Shown piece by piece: positions 31,701 through 40,256 of a DNA stretch of 49,106 nucleotides. This DNA comes from Candidatus Woesearchaeota archaeon (GTDB lineage Archaea; Nanobdellota; Nanobdellia; Woesearchaeales; GW2011-AR4), in contig JACQSQ010000055.1 in assembly GCA_016211245.1 (NCBI GenBank), forward strand, positions 1 to 49,106, given 5' to 3'. Both the position numbers and the translations under genes were made by a program. The notes under the pieces were generated by a model. That model was not told the origin of the DNA, did no database searches, and saw only the letters and a program-made list of their open reading frames with translations. The first letter of the stretch is position 1; every line of letters starts with the position of its first letter.

Positions 31701-34105
31701 CCTTTAATGAATCAACATGCCCAACTACATCCGGTAATCGAACATTGACAGTTACAGTAACTGATGAAAATGGTCAGTCTAACAGCACAGTCTTTGGATT
31801 TGTGGTTGACAATATTGGCCCAAATATAACACTAAACAGCCCGGTGGATACAGCGCAAATAGTAAATATTGGAAATATTAGCGTTACATCGTTCGATAAC
31901 GACAGCGGCATAAGCTCAATTGGCTATTATCTTGACAGCTATGAAGACAGAAGCGACACAAGATTTAACTTTACAGGCGTTAATTACTATCCAGCGAGTG
32001 CAGATTCTATTGAATTGGTAGGGGGCAAAGGCACAACATTTATCTTCAATACAACAATTAACTTCACTCCAGGCACTCATACAATCAAAATCAGCATAAA
32101 TGACACATTAGGAAATATCAAAAACAGCAGTTTGATAACATTCACAAAGACAGGTTCCTTCGACTTTTCTACTGTAAACTATAGCATGGACATATACTCA
32201 AATGACACATTTGGAGAGAGGCTTCAAAATGTAAGAATGAGGGTAAAAACAGGCGCCGGATATGAAGATACAACAACAACAAATGAAACATCAGGGAATG
32301 GAACATCAGCGCTAACAGTTGAAATTTTGTTTAATATAAATGGAAGCATCAATGTTTCATTGACTGAAATTAATACAACTGCTGTTAATTGGGACAAGAT
32401 AAATTTCACGCCATTTGTAAACGTAACTTCAACAACCTTTGCCGCCAATGGCATCCAGAATGTAACCCAAAAGATAGAGCTTAACTGGACAAATAAAGTA
32501 TCCCAAGCGGTTATATTTAATAATTCACTCTTGAATTTCGCACCTAATAATAACTCATATTATGGCATTGTTGTATTCCCGAAAAATACATCTGTAAACT
32601 CTTCCACAGCAAACAAAACAACAATACAAGAGTTCTGGTGGCTAACAGACGTGGGCAATGTAGCATCGAAGACCAATATAAGCAAATGCACTGAAGGATT
32701 TTCTTCAGCATCAGCCACACCTTGCTGGAATTACACTTCTGGCGGAAGGACAATAGTTCAGGTGCCTTATTTTGGCATTGTTGTAGCTGTAAATGATACA
32801 GAAGCGCCAACTGTAAATGGGACAATACCAAGGCAGTCTAACCAATCCACAGGAATGTTTGTGCCAAACATAACAGTATCATCAGATGCTGTATCCTGCT
32901 TATCGTCAGTAAACAGCACTGTGCCGAACGTAACCATGATTAAGAGCGGGAATATCTGCCTGGGCCAAACTGAAAGATTCAAGAATCTTAATTCCCTTGA
33001 TGGCAATTATAATTTCACCTTTACTGTTACAGATGCAGCAGGCAATATAAATCGATATGTCTGGAAATTTAACGTTACAGATGCATTAGCGCCAAATATG
33101 GGCTCTATAAGCTCAGGCGCAGACAGAACCACAGCAACTGTCACAATAAGCGACGTTAATGAATCAGTAAACGCTACAGTAATTCTGGGCACTAGTAATA
33201 GCTCATTAACAAGCATAGCTGTAGAGACAGACTTTAATACTACACAAGTAGTAAGCATATCTGGATTGACAGCAAGCACCACATATTTCTATAATGTGAC
33301 TGTTTGCGACTTTAATGGAAACTGCCTAGGTAATGGTACGCGCAGCTTCACAACAACTGCAGCAGCTGCAGCAGCATCAACTACCACAAGCAGTTCCAGC
33401 GGAGGAGGGGGCGGAGGAGCAGCGCCAGTAAGCAATACAGAATCTTCAACAGGAGCAGCTTGGGATGCTTTAGCAGCAGGCTCAACAGGAACCTTGACTT
33501 CAAAAGATGCAAAGATAGCAATTGTAGGAATAACATTTAGTGCAAAGAACGCATTGTCCAACCCATCTTTAAGCTTGGAAAGCATGAAATCAAACCCGCT
33601 TTCAACAGCTGCGGCAGGAAAAGTATACCAATATCTGCAAATATTGAACAAAAATATGGCTGACTCTGACATTTCAGGCGTTACAATAAACTTTAAAGTG
33701 CCAAGAGCATGGCTAACTGCAAATGGAGTTGCAGAAGGCGATGTAGCGCTTTACAGGTATAGCGGAGGCACTTGGAACCAGTTGTCAACTACAATGACAA
33801 GTTCGGACGCTGAATACGTGACTTATTCAGCATCTTCGCCAGGATTCAGCACATATGCTGTTGGAAACAAAGAAGCAGCTCCTGTAACTCAGCCAACAGA
33901 GCAGCCTACAACACCAACAGAAACGCCAACTATGCCTACAACACCAACAGAAACGCCAACTATGCCTACAACACCAACAGAAACGCCAACAGAAGAAGTG
34001 AAGAAAGGGATAGGCAAAGCAGCAGTTGCATGGATTGTAGTGCTTATAATCGCAGCTTTGGGCGCCTTGGGGTACTTCTTGTACCAGAAGAAGAAAGAAG
34101 CCTAA
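28703..34105 (+). CDS. giant surface (S-layer-candidate) glycoprotein with a PGF-pre-PGF-like domain, Thr/Pro linker and C-terminal TM anchor
   Basis: 1800 aa. Signal/anchor 'LVMLVGIIAIFILIFLSFEVPVANA'. About 120 N-X-S/T sequons (manual count). 'VALYRYSGGTWNQL...YSASSPGFSTYAVG' is PGF-pre-PGF-like. '(PTTPTETPTM)x3'. TM 'AAVAWIVVLIIAALGALGYFLY' followed by 'QKKKEA'. Confidence 0.7.
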   Translation: MQKEVKHRLFNSRDAKVNLVMLVGIIAIFILIFLSFEVPVANAIFNVTLISPTDKAINSSRTINFTFNVVLGGTDASPDDLANCSVYTNITGTWAKTFTNSSGANGGVSSNLTNSTSVVSWMNFTFSRDGLFNWSVECENATLGAAGIGYNFSLNRSLLIDTTVPRVTGLVPNASFAQMSDAANRQYLIGNFTGWPIQFSVNVSENNTYNVWYILNSSISAGVNDDLENTTKGGSIPTGNITMNLQSQGNDYKVYAANVSLNFSSRWRNPGPHSVVFCANDTAGNKKCSGSYDFVIMGLNVTDLINYMRTVTFNDTASVNITFGNGTVLSGGDTPDVYDSGNASIESFINPLAKNYTFIFNFSAFGRVSRVHIIGLTVDEKQLGNASNTNISSATSLEVLQAMGTSFNTTMAGADFRRFIPDFIRYRFGIIEIRGTGYSKRLYCSGATVSSPNCSLIRQCNASVWSVYNSSAEIETINSGIDPGDPGACFLESGTLNGEALKSGSTYVLVKHFSNGALGNETIGPTFNTTVPTNASVVSFNTSSVAARMINFSVYDTGGMGINLTKNYTINLTIYLGSTNIRNFTYLNHSSTNLTCYTLDTTSPGNTTEVYCNATFNFNSNGTYMFNMSAVDASNNANFNISGRTLTVDQIPPLVTNFTVTNGSDLNMLTTDAMTFGNISIGSTNPLNTPVTGTGTWAQGRQMRFFANVSDNLTQPLDVDLQLFNESSGSWQTINTTTHNNVTGARNNMSGTGTNSNWTINLTYTPYIGRGVFEGHNVTFRVLVNDTLGNRNTNGSDGRGVVMNITVQINDTVKPTLQVTIGNSTNLNYSNSTSATPMIVWNISESNDIRYIAVQVDSETSSSCNLYTNFTTISDTRARRNGTLTVKGKEDDASCTGLANGTHTVRLTSEDVWGNSELYIHSFQLQSGRPGLVFNNITTRASGAGVTSNKAIVNNTNITSSFGLGFYGLGGSVNIHNLTYVSSCNSSSTVVFNNGTVVYPFNESTCPTTSGNRTLTVTVTDENGQSNSTVFGFVVDNIGPNITLNSPVDTAQIVNIGNISVTSFDNDSGISSIGYYLDSYEDRSDTRFNFTGVNYYPASADSIELVGGKGTTFIFNTTINFTPGTHTIKISINDTLGNIKNSSLITFTKTGSFDFSTVNYSMDIYSNDTFGERLQNVRMRVKTGAGYEDTTTTNETSGNGTSALTVEILFNINGSINVSLTEINTTAVNWDKINFTPFVNVTSTTFAANGIQNVTQKIELNWTNKVSQAVIFNNSLLNFAPNNNSYYGIVVFPKNTSVNSSTANKTTIQEFWWLTDVGNVASKTNISKCTEGFSSASATPCWNYTSGGRTIVQVPYFGIVVAVNDTEAPTVNGTIPRQSNQSTGMFVPNITVSSDAVSCLSSVNSTVPNVTMIKSGNICLGQTERFKNLNSLDGNYNFTFTVTDAAGNINRYVWKFNVTDALAPNMGSISSGADRTTATVTISDVNESVNATVILGTSNSSLTSIAVETDFNTTQVVSISGLTASTTYFYNVTVCDFNGNCLGNGTRSFTTTAAAAAASTTTSSSSGGGGGGAAPVSNTESSTGAAWDALAAGSTGTLTSKDAKIAIVGITFSAKNALSNPSLSLESMKSNPLSTAAAGKVYQYLQILNKNMADSDISGVTINFKVPRAWLTANGVAEGDVALYRYSGGTWNQLSTTMTSSDAEYVTYSASSPGFSTYAVGNKEAAPVTQPTEQPTTPTETPTMPTTPTETPTMPTTPTETPTEEVKKGIGKAAVAWIVVLIIAALGALGYFLYQKKKEA
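33905..33990 (+). repeat. 30-bp tandem repeat, ~2.9 copies (coding, PT-rich linker)
   Basis: The unit is 'tatgcctacaacaccaacagaaacgccaac'. Perfect copies lie at 33931-33960 and 33961-33990, with a partial copy at 33905-33930. Confidence 0.95.
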
Positions 34106-34185
34106 AAAACCACTTTTCCCCTCTTAAATATTTTTTAATTTTAAGCTACTAATGGGTGTATAAGCCTCTAAAGTACCTAAGTACC

Positions 34186-34977
34186 TTCTCGCAGGCATTT
34201 CAAATGAAAAAGTAAAGGCTGCTCTGGCAAACAATCCAAAATTTCCATTTGCCACAGTTCGTCATGCCTACCCAATAATCCCATTCCATGCCAAGCTTGC
34301 TCTCTAGTCCAGCATCGTACGCCTGCATAAAGCCTATTTTCCAGATTATCGTGAGTTATGCCTAGTCTTTGACAGTCTTCCCGCGGTATATTGATAAAGC
34401 TCTTAGCTATGTCAATATCATAATCCCTTAAATTATAATAAATTAATAAATGCGCGCTGCTAAGCCTAATGGCTTAAGTGTATCATATTTTTGAGGGTCT
34501 TCACCAAATACTTTGAGTGCTGCACATATAGTTCCTCTTATATCCAAAAGGTAAAAATGATAAGCAAGATCATCCTTGGGAAAAACAATCATTTTTCCAT
34601 ACCTTTTTGCGTAACAGCATAGATGATAAAATATCTTGCGTTTCAGAGCCAAAATCCTCTCTAAATCTTTGAGCCAGCTCAAAGCAATGCAATATCAGGT
34701 TATCCACAGAATCCTTAGGGTTTTGGGTAAAAGCTTCTTATCTTCAACAAAATGAATAGGGGATTTAAAGCCTTCTGGCACAGCCATATCACCATCAGCA
34801 ATGTCATCAATAATCCTCATTAAGGTAGTAAGACTCCAAGAAAGTTCGCCTATCAGAATTTCCGGATAGGTATTTGAAAACCCTTAATGCCCTAAGAAAC
34901 CATTTATAGTTTGAGCCTCTGGAAGACAGGTACGTAAATACATTGCCTCTTATATCTTCTGGGCTTTTAAAGTCCAT
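34186..34977 (-). pseudogene. squalene/phytoene synthase-family (isoprenoid head-to-head synthase) pseudogene with at least 3 frame disruptions
   Basis: The minus-strand reading starts at the ATG at 34977 ('MDFKSPEDIRGNVF...ESYYL'). A frame shift leads into 'RIIDDIADGD' (Asp-rich motif 1). The next frame holds the 79-aa ORF ending 'LGLAARIY*'. A further shift leads into 'YNLRDYDIDIAKSFINIPREDCQRLGI' (motif 2-like 'N.lRD...D...Y.P.e'). Confidence 0.55.
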
Positions 34978-35040
34978 CCTAATAATGGAACAAGTGAGAA
35001 TTTAATAAACCTTATTACAGTGATAAGACAAGAATAATAA

Positions 35041-35080
35041 TAAAAAACAAAAGAAAAAGATAGAATCTATTTATTCTATC
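35041..35080 (-). terminator. hairpin plus oligo-T tract after the distal pilin gene
   Basis: Stem GATAGAAT (35059-35066) pairs with ATTCTATC (35073-35080) and spans the stop codon. The minus strand then reads 'TTTTTCTTTTGTTTTTT'. Confidence 0.45.
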
Positions 35081-35514
35081 TTGGTTGTTATCTGCCCGGA
35101 GTTGGTGTGTGTTAGCCCACCAATATCAGATGAAGTGGTGTATGTAATGTTGAATGCCCCATTATATTTTGTGCCTGAATTGGTGCAGGTTAGTGTGTAT
35201 TGCTTTGTTCCGCTATTGCTTACCCCATCGGACAAGCCCGTTTGTGCTGTGCATTGCTGGGCTTTGACTGCAGTTACAGTTATATCATAACCCAATGAAT
35301 TCCTGAAGAAAACATCCAAGGATGTAGCGGTTGCCTTGTTGTCCAAACATGCGATTCCAGCCTGCATTGTGCACTTGCTTGGCAAAAACTTGTCAGGGCT
35401 CAAAACACCAAAATAAGCCAAAGCCCCTATGGCTACAAGAACAACAAGTATGGCCCAGCCATACGTCATTATGAATTCGAGAGCTGCCTGCGATTTTGTC
35501 CTCATCAATTCCAC
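35071..35514 (-). CDS. archaeal type IV pilin-like protein (class III signal peptide)
   Basis: 147 aa. 'RTKSQAALEFIMTYGWAILVVLVAIGALAYFGVLSP'. Own TATA box and a 'GAGGTGG' SD upstream. Confidence 0.8.
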   Translation of the reverse strand: MELMRTKSQAALEFIMTYGWAILVVLVAIGALAYFGVLSPDKFLPSKCTMQAGIACLDNKATATSLDVFFRNSLGYDITVTAVKAQQCTAQTGLSDGVSNSGTKQYTLTCTNSGTKYNGAFNITYTTSSDIGGLTHTNSGQITTKIE

Positions 35515-35559
35515 CTCTATTTTATATTTATTTTTTGTAAATTATATAAATTTATTGAT

Positions 35560-36045
35560 TTATTCAATCTTGGTGTTTATTGTCCCATAAGCTGTCTTTG
35601 AAAGATTAGTGCTTTTTTCAGTGTATTTTATAATGACATCGCCTTTAAAAACTTCTTTTGTGACACCATTGCTGCATCCGGTTAAAATGAATGTGCTCTG
35701 CTCTTCGCTGGTCAAAGTTGTATTGAATGTATTGGAGCACTTGCCAATGTCAACCCTGTCAATAACCACGGTTTTTCCGTAGCCATTCTGGAAAACAATA
35801 ATTGACTGGGCTGCCTCAACTTTTGAGCTAATGCATGTAAGCCCTGTTTCTATCAGGCACTTTTCAGGCAGGAATTTTTCAGGGCTTAAAACCCCGAAAT
35901 AAGCCAAAGCGGCGATAGCAGCGAGAACAACAAGTATGGCCCAGCCATAAGTCATCAGGAATTCCATGGCGGCTTGAGATTTGCGCGAGCGTGCTCGCGA
36001 GATTACTGATTTTTTATTCTTAAGTTGAGCAGAAACAACCATCAT
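35560..36045 (-). CDS. archaeal type IV pilin-like protein (class III signal peptide), paralog
   Basis: 161 aa. 'SRKSQAAMEFLMTYGWAILVVLAAIAALAYFGVLSP'. 'GAGGTGA' SD upstream. Confidence 0.8.
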   Translation of the reverse strand: MMVVSAQLKNKKSVISRARSRKSQAAMEFLMTYGWAILVVLAAIAALAYFGVLSPEKFLPEKCLIETGLTCISSKVEAAQSIIVFQNGYGKTVVIDRVDIGKCSNTFNTTLTSEEQSTFILTGCSNGVTKEVFKGDVIIKYTEKSTNLSKTAYGTINTKIE

Positions 36046-36150
36046 TTCACCTCATTTTATGCGTTTTGATTGATAACTTTTATTTTAAATAATAATTGAA
36101 TAACTAATATATAAATCTATCGCAATACTGCGTATTTCGAGATTTATAGC

Positions 36151-36238
36151 GGCGGACTTTAATTTTCGTATACAAATTGTAAAGTCCGCCTGATATAGGC
36201 AAGAAAATTATATACGAACATTAATGTCCTTGCCTATA
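36151..36238 (-). other. two adjacent perfect hairpins whose loops are mutually complementary
   Basis: Hairpin 1 stem: 36151-36161 with 36180-36190 (11 bp). Hairpin 2 stem: 36194-36203 with 36229-36238 (10 bp). Loop 1 'ttcgtata' (36165-36172) is the reverse complement of loop 2 'tatacgaa' (36211-36218). Confidence 0.6.
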
Positions 36239-36309
36239 AATTAAAAAACTTTTAATTTTTGTTTGAAGCTGCCAAAAAATACAGCACCTTCCGGAAATTT
36301 ACACTCCGA

Positions 36310-37419
36310 TTAGGTCAGAGTGAAAAAAGATGACAGCAATCCTATGCCCAACTTTTGCGCTATGACATAAAGAATCAGCGAGATTGTTATGAATATCGGG
36401 ATGTATTTCATGCCTGCCTTGACGTTGCCCTTCTTGATTGTCGCAACCATAATAGCTGAAAAAAAAGATGTAATAATCAGGGACGCTATGGCAAATATCT
36501 TGAAGTCTGTTTGGGTTACTCCAACGCCGGAAAAGCTTATGGGGATGCCTGCTGCCTGGGCTGAAGAGGTTGTTCCGCTCAGGGAAGAGCCTAAATTTTC
36601 AACAACCTGGATTAGGATGCCTGACAATGCGAATAAAAAAGGCGCTGCAACAACAGTGGCAAATGTGATAAAAATGACATAAGTTGTAACATTTGCAGAC
36701 ATCTCCTTGAACATGGCTTTTTGCTGCTGGATATCCAAAGCAACCCTGTTAATCAAGTCCCCTATTGAGCCACCGGCTTCGATGCCCTCATTTATCATGC
36801 TGATAGCCCGCTTAAGTGTCATTGAATCGTATCTGGAAGCGAATTTGTCCAAAGCCGGCTTCAAATCCATACCGCTCATCGTCTCCTTGGCAACAGTCTC
36901 TATCTCCTTGGCCAAGACGCCGAATCTCGGCCTTACTGCATACCACAAAGCCCTGTCTATTGTCATGCCGGCATTTATGTTTGAGGCCGTGAGCTGGAGA
37001 AAATCAGGAAGGACATCTTCTATATCTACCTTTCTCTTGAAAATTTTCAAATCCACAGCTATGTAAAATACCATCCACAATGCAATCAGCAGCAATACAA
37101 AGATCAAAACCCAAAGAATGATCATAGAAGCCACGACAGTGCCCCATCCTATGCCATAGGTAACCGAGAAATAATAAATAAGAAGGGCAGAAAAAATTAG
37201 GTTGATTATTATGGAGGTATTGAAGAATATTTTATTCAGCCTCTGCACGCTTACTTCAAAGCCGGCCCTTTCAATGTACGACTTTAATCTCTGCTTCCTT
37301 TCTTGGGCTTTCAGCCTTTTTTTCTGCTTTTCCTTGTACTGCTTTTTGAAGAATTCTATTTTTCTCTCTGGCTTGGAATCATCAACTTTTTTTTTGATCA
37401 AATTTTTTATGCTGAACAT
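36310..37419 (-). CDS. type II secretion system F-family / TadC-FlaJ-like pilus platform protein
   Basis: About 369 aa from the ATG at 37419, 2 nt after the upstream stop (the ORF track extends to 37494). Has the T2SSF-like layout: cytoplasmic domain 'DVLPDFLQLTASNINAGMTIDRALWYA' flanked by TM helices. Confidence 0.7.
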   Translation of the reverse strand: MFSIKNLIKKKVDDSKPERKIEFFKKQYKEKQKKRLKAQERKQRLKSYIERAGFEVSVQRLNKIFFNTSIIINLIFSALLIYYFSVTYGIGWGTVVASMIILWVLIFVLLLIALWMVFYIAVDLKIFKRKVDIEDVLPDFLQLTASNINAGMTIDRALWYAVRPRFGVLAKEIETVAKETMSGMDLKPALDKFASRYDSMTLKRAISMINEGIEAGGSIGDLINRVALDIQQQKAMFKEMSANVTTYVIFITFATVVAAPFLFALSGILIQVVENLGSSLSGTTSSAQAAGIPISFSGVGVTQTDFKIFAIASLIITSFFSAIMVATIKKGNVKAGMKYIPIFITISLILYVIAQKLGIGLLSSFFTLT

Positions 37420-37421
37420 AT

Positions 37422-38252
37422 TCAAAACTCTATAGGCGGCCTTGAGAACTTTACCATTGAAATGAACATGAATTGCACAAATCCCAAAAAGCACGCAAGA
37501 GCTATAAGGATGGTCAAACTAAGCTGGAATTTGATGAAAGATGAAAGTATTATGAGCATTGTGACCCCAAGGGAAGGCAAAATCACGGCCACTATCATAT
37601 AAAACATGGCCAAAGGATTCAGCGTTTTGCCATATTTGTTCACTTCGTTAACCTGGTCTTTTGTGACCTGATCCATGACTGAATAAAGGGACTTTGCTAT
37701 ATTGGAGCCGGTTCTTATTGAGTTTATAATCTGCCACAAAATTTTTCTCAAGTCATTTGATGGGACGAACTCGACAGCCTCGTTTAAGGCGTCCTCCATG
37801 CTGGTGCCAAGGTCAACTTTGTCAGTTATTTCCTTGAAATACTGCCCGATAATCCTGAAGTTTTTGGAGACGTTGACCATCGCATTGTATAGAGGAACGC
37901 CCGACTCAAGCTCTATTATTATGAACCTGCCAGCGAATATGATTTCCCCGCTGATTTCCTTTTCTTTTTTCGATATCCTCAATTCCGGAAGCTTGAGCAT
38001 ATAAAAAAACATGATGACGAATACCACTGGAATTATGAAAAACATTATTCCTTTCAGAACTTCCAGCTTGGCCAGCACGAGGAACAATGCGACTACAAGA
38101 CCTGTCGTCATGTAAAAGGCTGAGATGAACGTTTTCTTAATGAAATCTTCAGGCTTTTCTTCCATGCCTGCCTGCTTAAGCTTCAGCCTAAGCATCGGAA
38201 ATGCTTTTGCAATAATACGGAACAAATTATTCAAGCTTTTGATATAAACCAC
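37422..38252 (-). CDS. type II secretion system F-family / TadB-FlaJ-like pilus platform protein (second half of a split platform)
   Basis: 276 aa. TM helices flank 'GVPLYNAMVNVSKNFRIIGQYFKEITDKVDLGTSMEDAL'. Confidence 0.65.
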   Translation of the reverse strand: MVYIKSLNNLFRIIAKAFPMLRLKLKQAGMEEKPEDFIKKTFISAFYMTTGLVVALFLVLAKLEVLKGIMFFIIPVVFVIMFFYMLKLPELRISKKEKEISGEIIFAGRFIIIELESGVPLYNAMVNVSKNFRIIGQYFKEITDKVDLGTSMEDALNEAVEFVPSNDLRKILWQIINSIRTGSNIAKSLYSVMDQVTKDQVNEVNKYGKTLNPLAMFYMIVAVILPSLGVTMLIILSSFIKFQLSLTILIALACFLGFVQFMFISMVKFSRPPIEF

Positions 38253-38255
38253 CTT

Positions 38256-40244
38256 TTAATCAGCTAAGAGCTTGTTTTTTCTTACGCAGCCCATCAAATA
38301 GTCCTTGTTTGTGTAATACTCTGCCATGACCCTGCCAACGCCGTCTACGGTATTTATGTTATTCTTGGCAAGCCATTTCAAAACAATTTCCTTTTCTTTC
38401 AGCGATTTGCTTATCTCGTTTCTTGTGAATCCCGTGAACAGCTCAATAGTGGACATAAGCGATTTTGAGTTTGCGACCTTTTTAAGAACACCTTTTCTAA
38501 TGTCAAGCTGTATCAGGACATTCGGCTCCGAATCAGGTAGTATTTCAGCCACCTGAAAAGTTTTCCTTTCTCCTGTTCTCCTGTTCCTGTACTGCACCAC
38601 AATCATGGAAATTGCAGGAAGCATCGATTTCGGTATTTCAATCGGGGGATTTGTGAGCCTGGTGATTGTTTCAGAAGCGTCATTCGCGTGGACTGTTGCA
38701 TAAACAGAGTGGCCTGTGTGTATGGCTTCGAACAATACCTCTGCCTCCCTTTTCCTCCTGATTTCACCTACTATTATCCGGTCAGGCCTCATTCTTAATG
38801 AATTGACCAGCAAGTCAAGCATTGAAACTTCGCCTTTCCCCTCAGGATTTGGCAACCTTATAACCATAGGGATCCAATGCAGGAATTTCGGCAGCTGAAT
38901 CTCCCTTGTATCCTCTATGCTGATTATTCTTTGGTTAGGAGGAAAGAAATTCGCGACTACATTAAGCATGGATGTTTTGCCGGTTGCCGTCCCGCCCGCT
39001 ATCAATGTCGACAGCTCGAATTGGGCGCCAAGCCATACAAGCGCAGCCGCTTCAGTGGAGATAGTGCCATCTTTTATGAAATCTGTTATGGTCCATGGCT
39101 TGGCTGCAAACTTTCTGAGAGTTATTGTGTTTCCTGAGGCTGATATGGGCTCAAGTGTTGCATTTACCCTGTCCCCTCCTTTGAGATGGGCATCCATCAG
39201 CGGCTCGAGTATTGTAAGCTGCCTTCCAACCCTTCTTCCAATCATTGTCGCGTAATGCCTTGTCTGATCCTCGTTTTCAAGGGTTATATTGGTTTTAAGC
39301 CAGCCATGTTTTTTGTGGTAAACCCAAACAGGCACGTCAGAGCTGTTTATGGCAATTTCCTCTAGATTTATGTCGTCCATAAGAATCTCTATGCTTCCAA
39401 GCCCCAGGCTTCTTTGTATCAAGTAGCTTTTAAGGAAATTTGTCGTGTTTTCGTCGGCATCCGGAAAGTGCTTGCTTATCAAGTTGGTTATCGTATCAAT
39501 AAATTTTTGCTCTATAACTCCCGTATCCTTTGTCGAGAGAATATCAACCATTCCCAGGCTTACCTGCGTTGTCAGCTCCTCCCTTATCTTTTCCAGAATT
39601 ATCTCGGTGTTCTTGCTTATGATTGATATTGAAACCTCGTAAATCGGCACGAATTCGCCTTTTTTCTTATAAATTTTTATTGTTATGGGAATCAAGTCAG
39701 ATACAAAATCGTATGTGGCGAGGAGATTGATGTCTTCTTTCCTCACCGGCGGCACGACAGAGGGATGCTTTTCCTTTTCCGAGCCCTCTTTTGGGGTAAT
39801 CGAGCCAAGCCCCGTAATCCTGACTTCGCCTGAAGGGGCATTATGCCCGATCCTTGCAGGCTGCTCTCCGGGTTTTTTGTCTTCACCCCTCACCTCATTC
39901 GTCTCGGATATTGGCCGCATCTTATCGCGCTTTAAGCTCATGTGTTTTAGCATGTCCAGCAATCCCACCCCATACCTGTGCTCCAGCTCTGCAATCTGCT
40001 TGATGCGTTTTTCTTTGCCAGTTTTTTTTTCAGAACTTGCGGAATATTTACTGTCGGCAGTTCCTTTTTTCCCGGCATCCTTTATTGGCGGAGCAGCACC
40101 ATGCTCTTTCTTGTGAAAACTAAACATCCCAAACAGGCCTTTTTTTTCTTTTTCAGAATCATGTGCGCTGGCCATAGTCTTTTGCGCCCTATTTTTTTCC
40201 CTCTTTAATCTAGATTTCGGCAACTTTACACCTCTTTTTACCAT
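38256..40244 (-). CDS. PilB/FlaI/VirB11-family secretion ATPase with a ~175-aa basic low-complexity N-terminal extension
   Basis: 662 aa. Walker A 'GGTATGKTS', 'PDRIIVGEIRRKREAEVLFEAIHTGHSVYATVHA'. Confidence 0.85.
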   Translation of the reverse strand: MVKRGVKLPKSRLKREKNRAQKTMASAHDSEKEKKGLFGMFSFHKKEHGAAPPIKDAGKKGTADSKYSASSEKKTGKEKRIKQIAELEHRYGVGLLDMLKHMSLKRDKMRPISETNEVRGEDKKPGEQPARIGHNAPSGEVRITGLGSITPKEGSEKEKHPSVVPPVRKEDINLLATYDFVSDLIPITIKIYKKKGEFVPIYEVSISIISKNTEIILEKIREELTTQVSLGMVDILSTKDTGVIEQKFIDTITNLISKHFPDADENTTNFLKSYLIQRSLGLGSIEILMDDINLEEIAINSSDVPVWVYHKKHGWLKTNITLENEDQTRHYATMIGRRVGRQLTILEPLMDAHLKGGDRVNATLEPISASGNTITLRKFAAKPWTITDFIKDGTISTEAAALVWLGAQFELSTLIAGGTATGKTSMLNVVANFFPPNQRIISIEDTREIQLPKFLHWIPMVIRLPNPEGKGEVSMLDLLVNSLRMRPDRIIVGEIRRKREAEVLFEAIHTGHSVYATVHANDASETITRLTNPPIEIPKSMLPAISMIVVQYRNRRTGERKTFQVAEILPDSEPNVLIQLDIRKGVLKKVANSKSLMSTIELFTGFTRNEISKSLKEKEIVLKWLAKNNINTVDGVGRVMAEYYTNKDYLMGCVRKNKLLAD

Positions 40245-40256
40245 AAATCCCTAAGT

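Noticed and set aside
29767-33672. Numerous 70-127-aa minus-strand ORFs inside the 1800-aa gene (for example 33289-33672).
   Set aside because: All are nested antisense to one uninterrupted 5.4-kb ORF with signal peptide, domains and anchor. No start context supports them.
33905-33990. A perfect 30-bp tandem repeat considered as a possible mini-CRISPR or other non-coding array.
   Set aside because: There are no spacers. The copies are directly adjacent and in frame, encoding the (PTTPTETPTM) linker of the surface protein.
34443-34682. A 79-aa ORF treated as a stand-alone small gene.
   Set aside because: It is the middle frame segment of the squalene/phytoene-synthase-like pseudogene. The flanking frames continue the same protein family collinearly.
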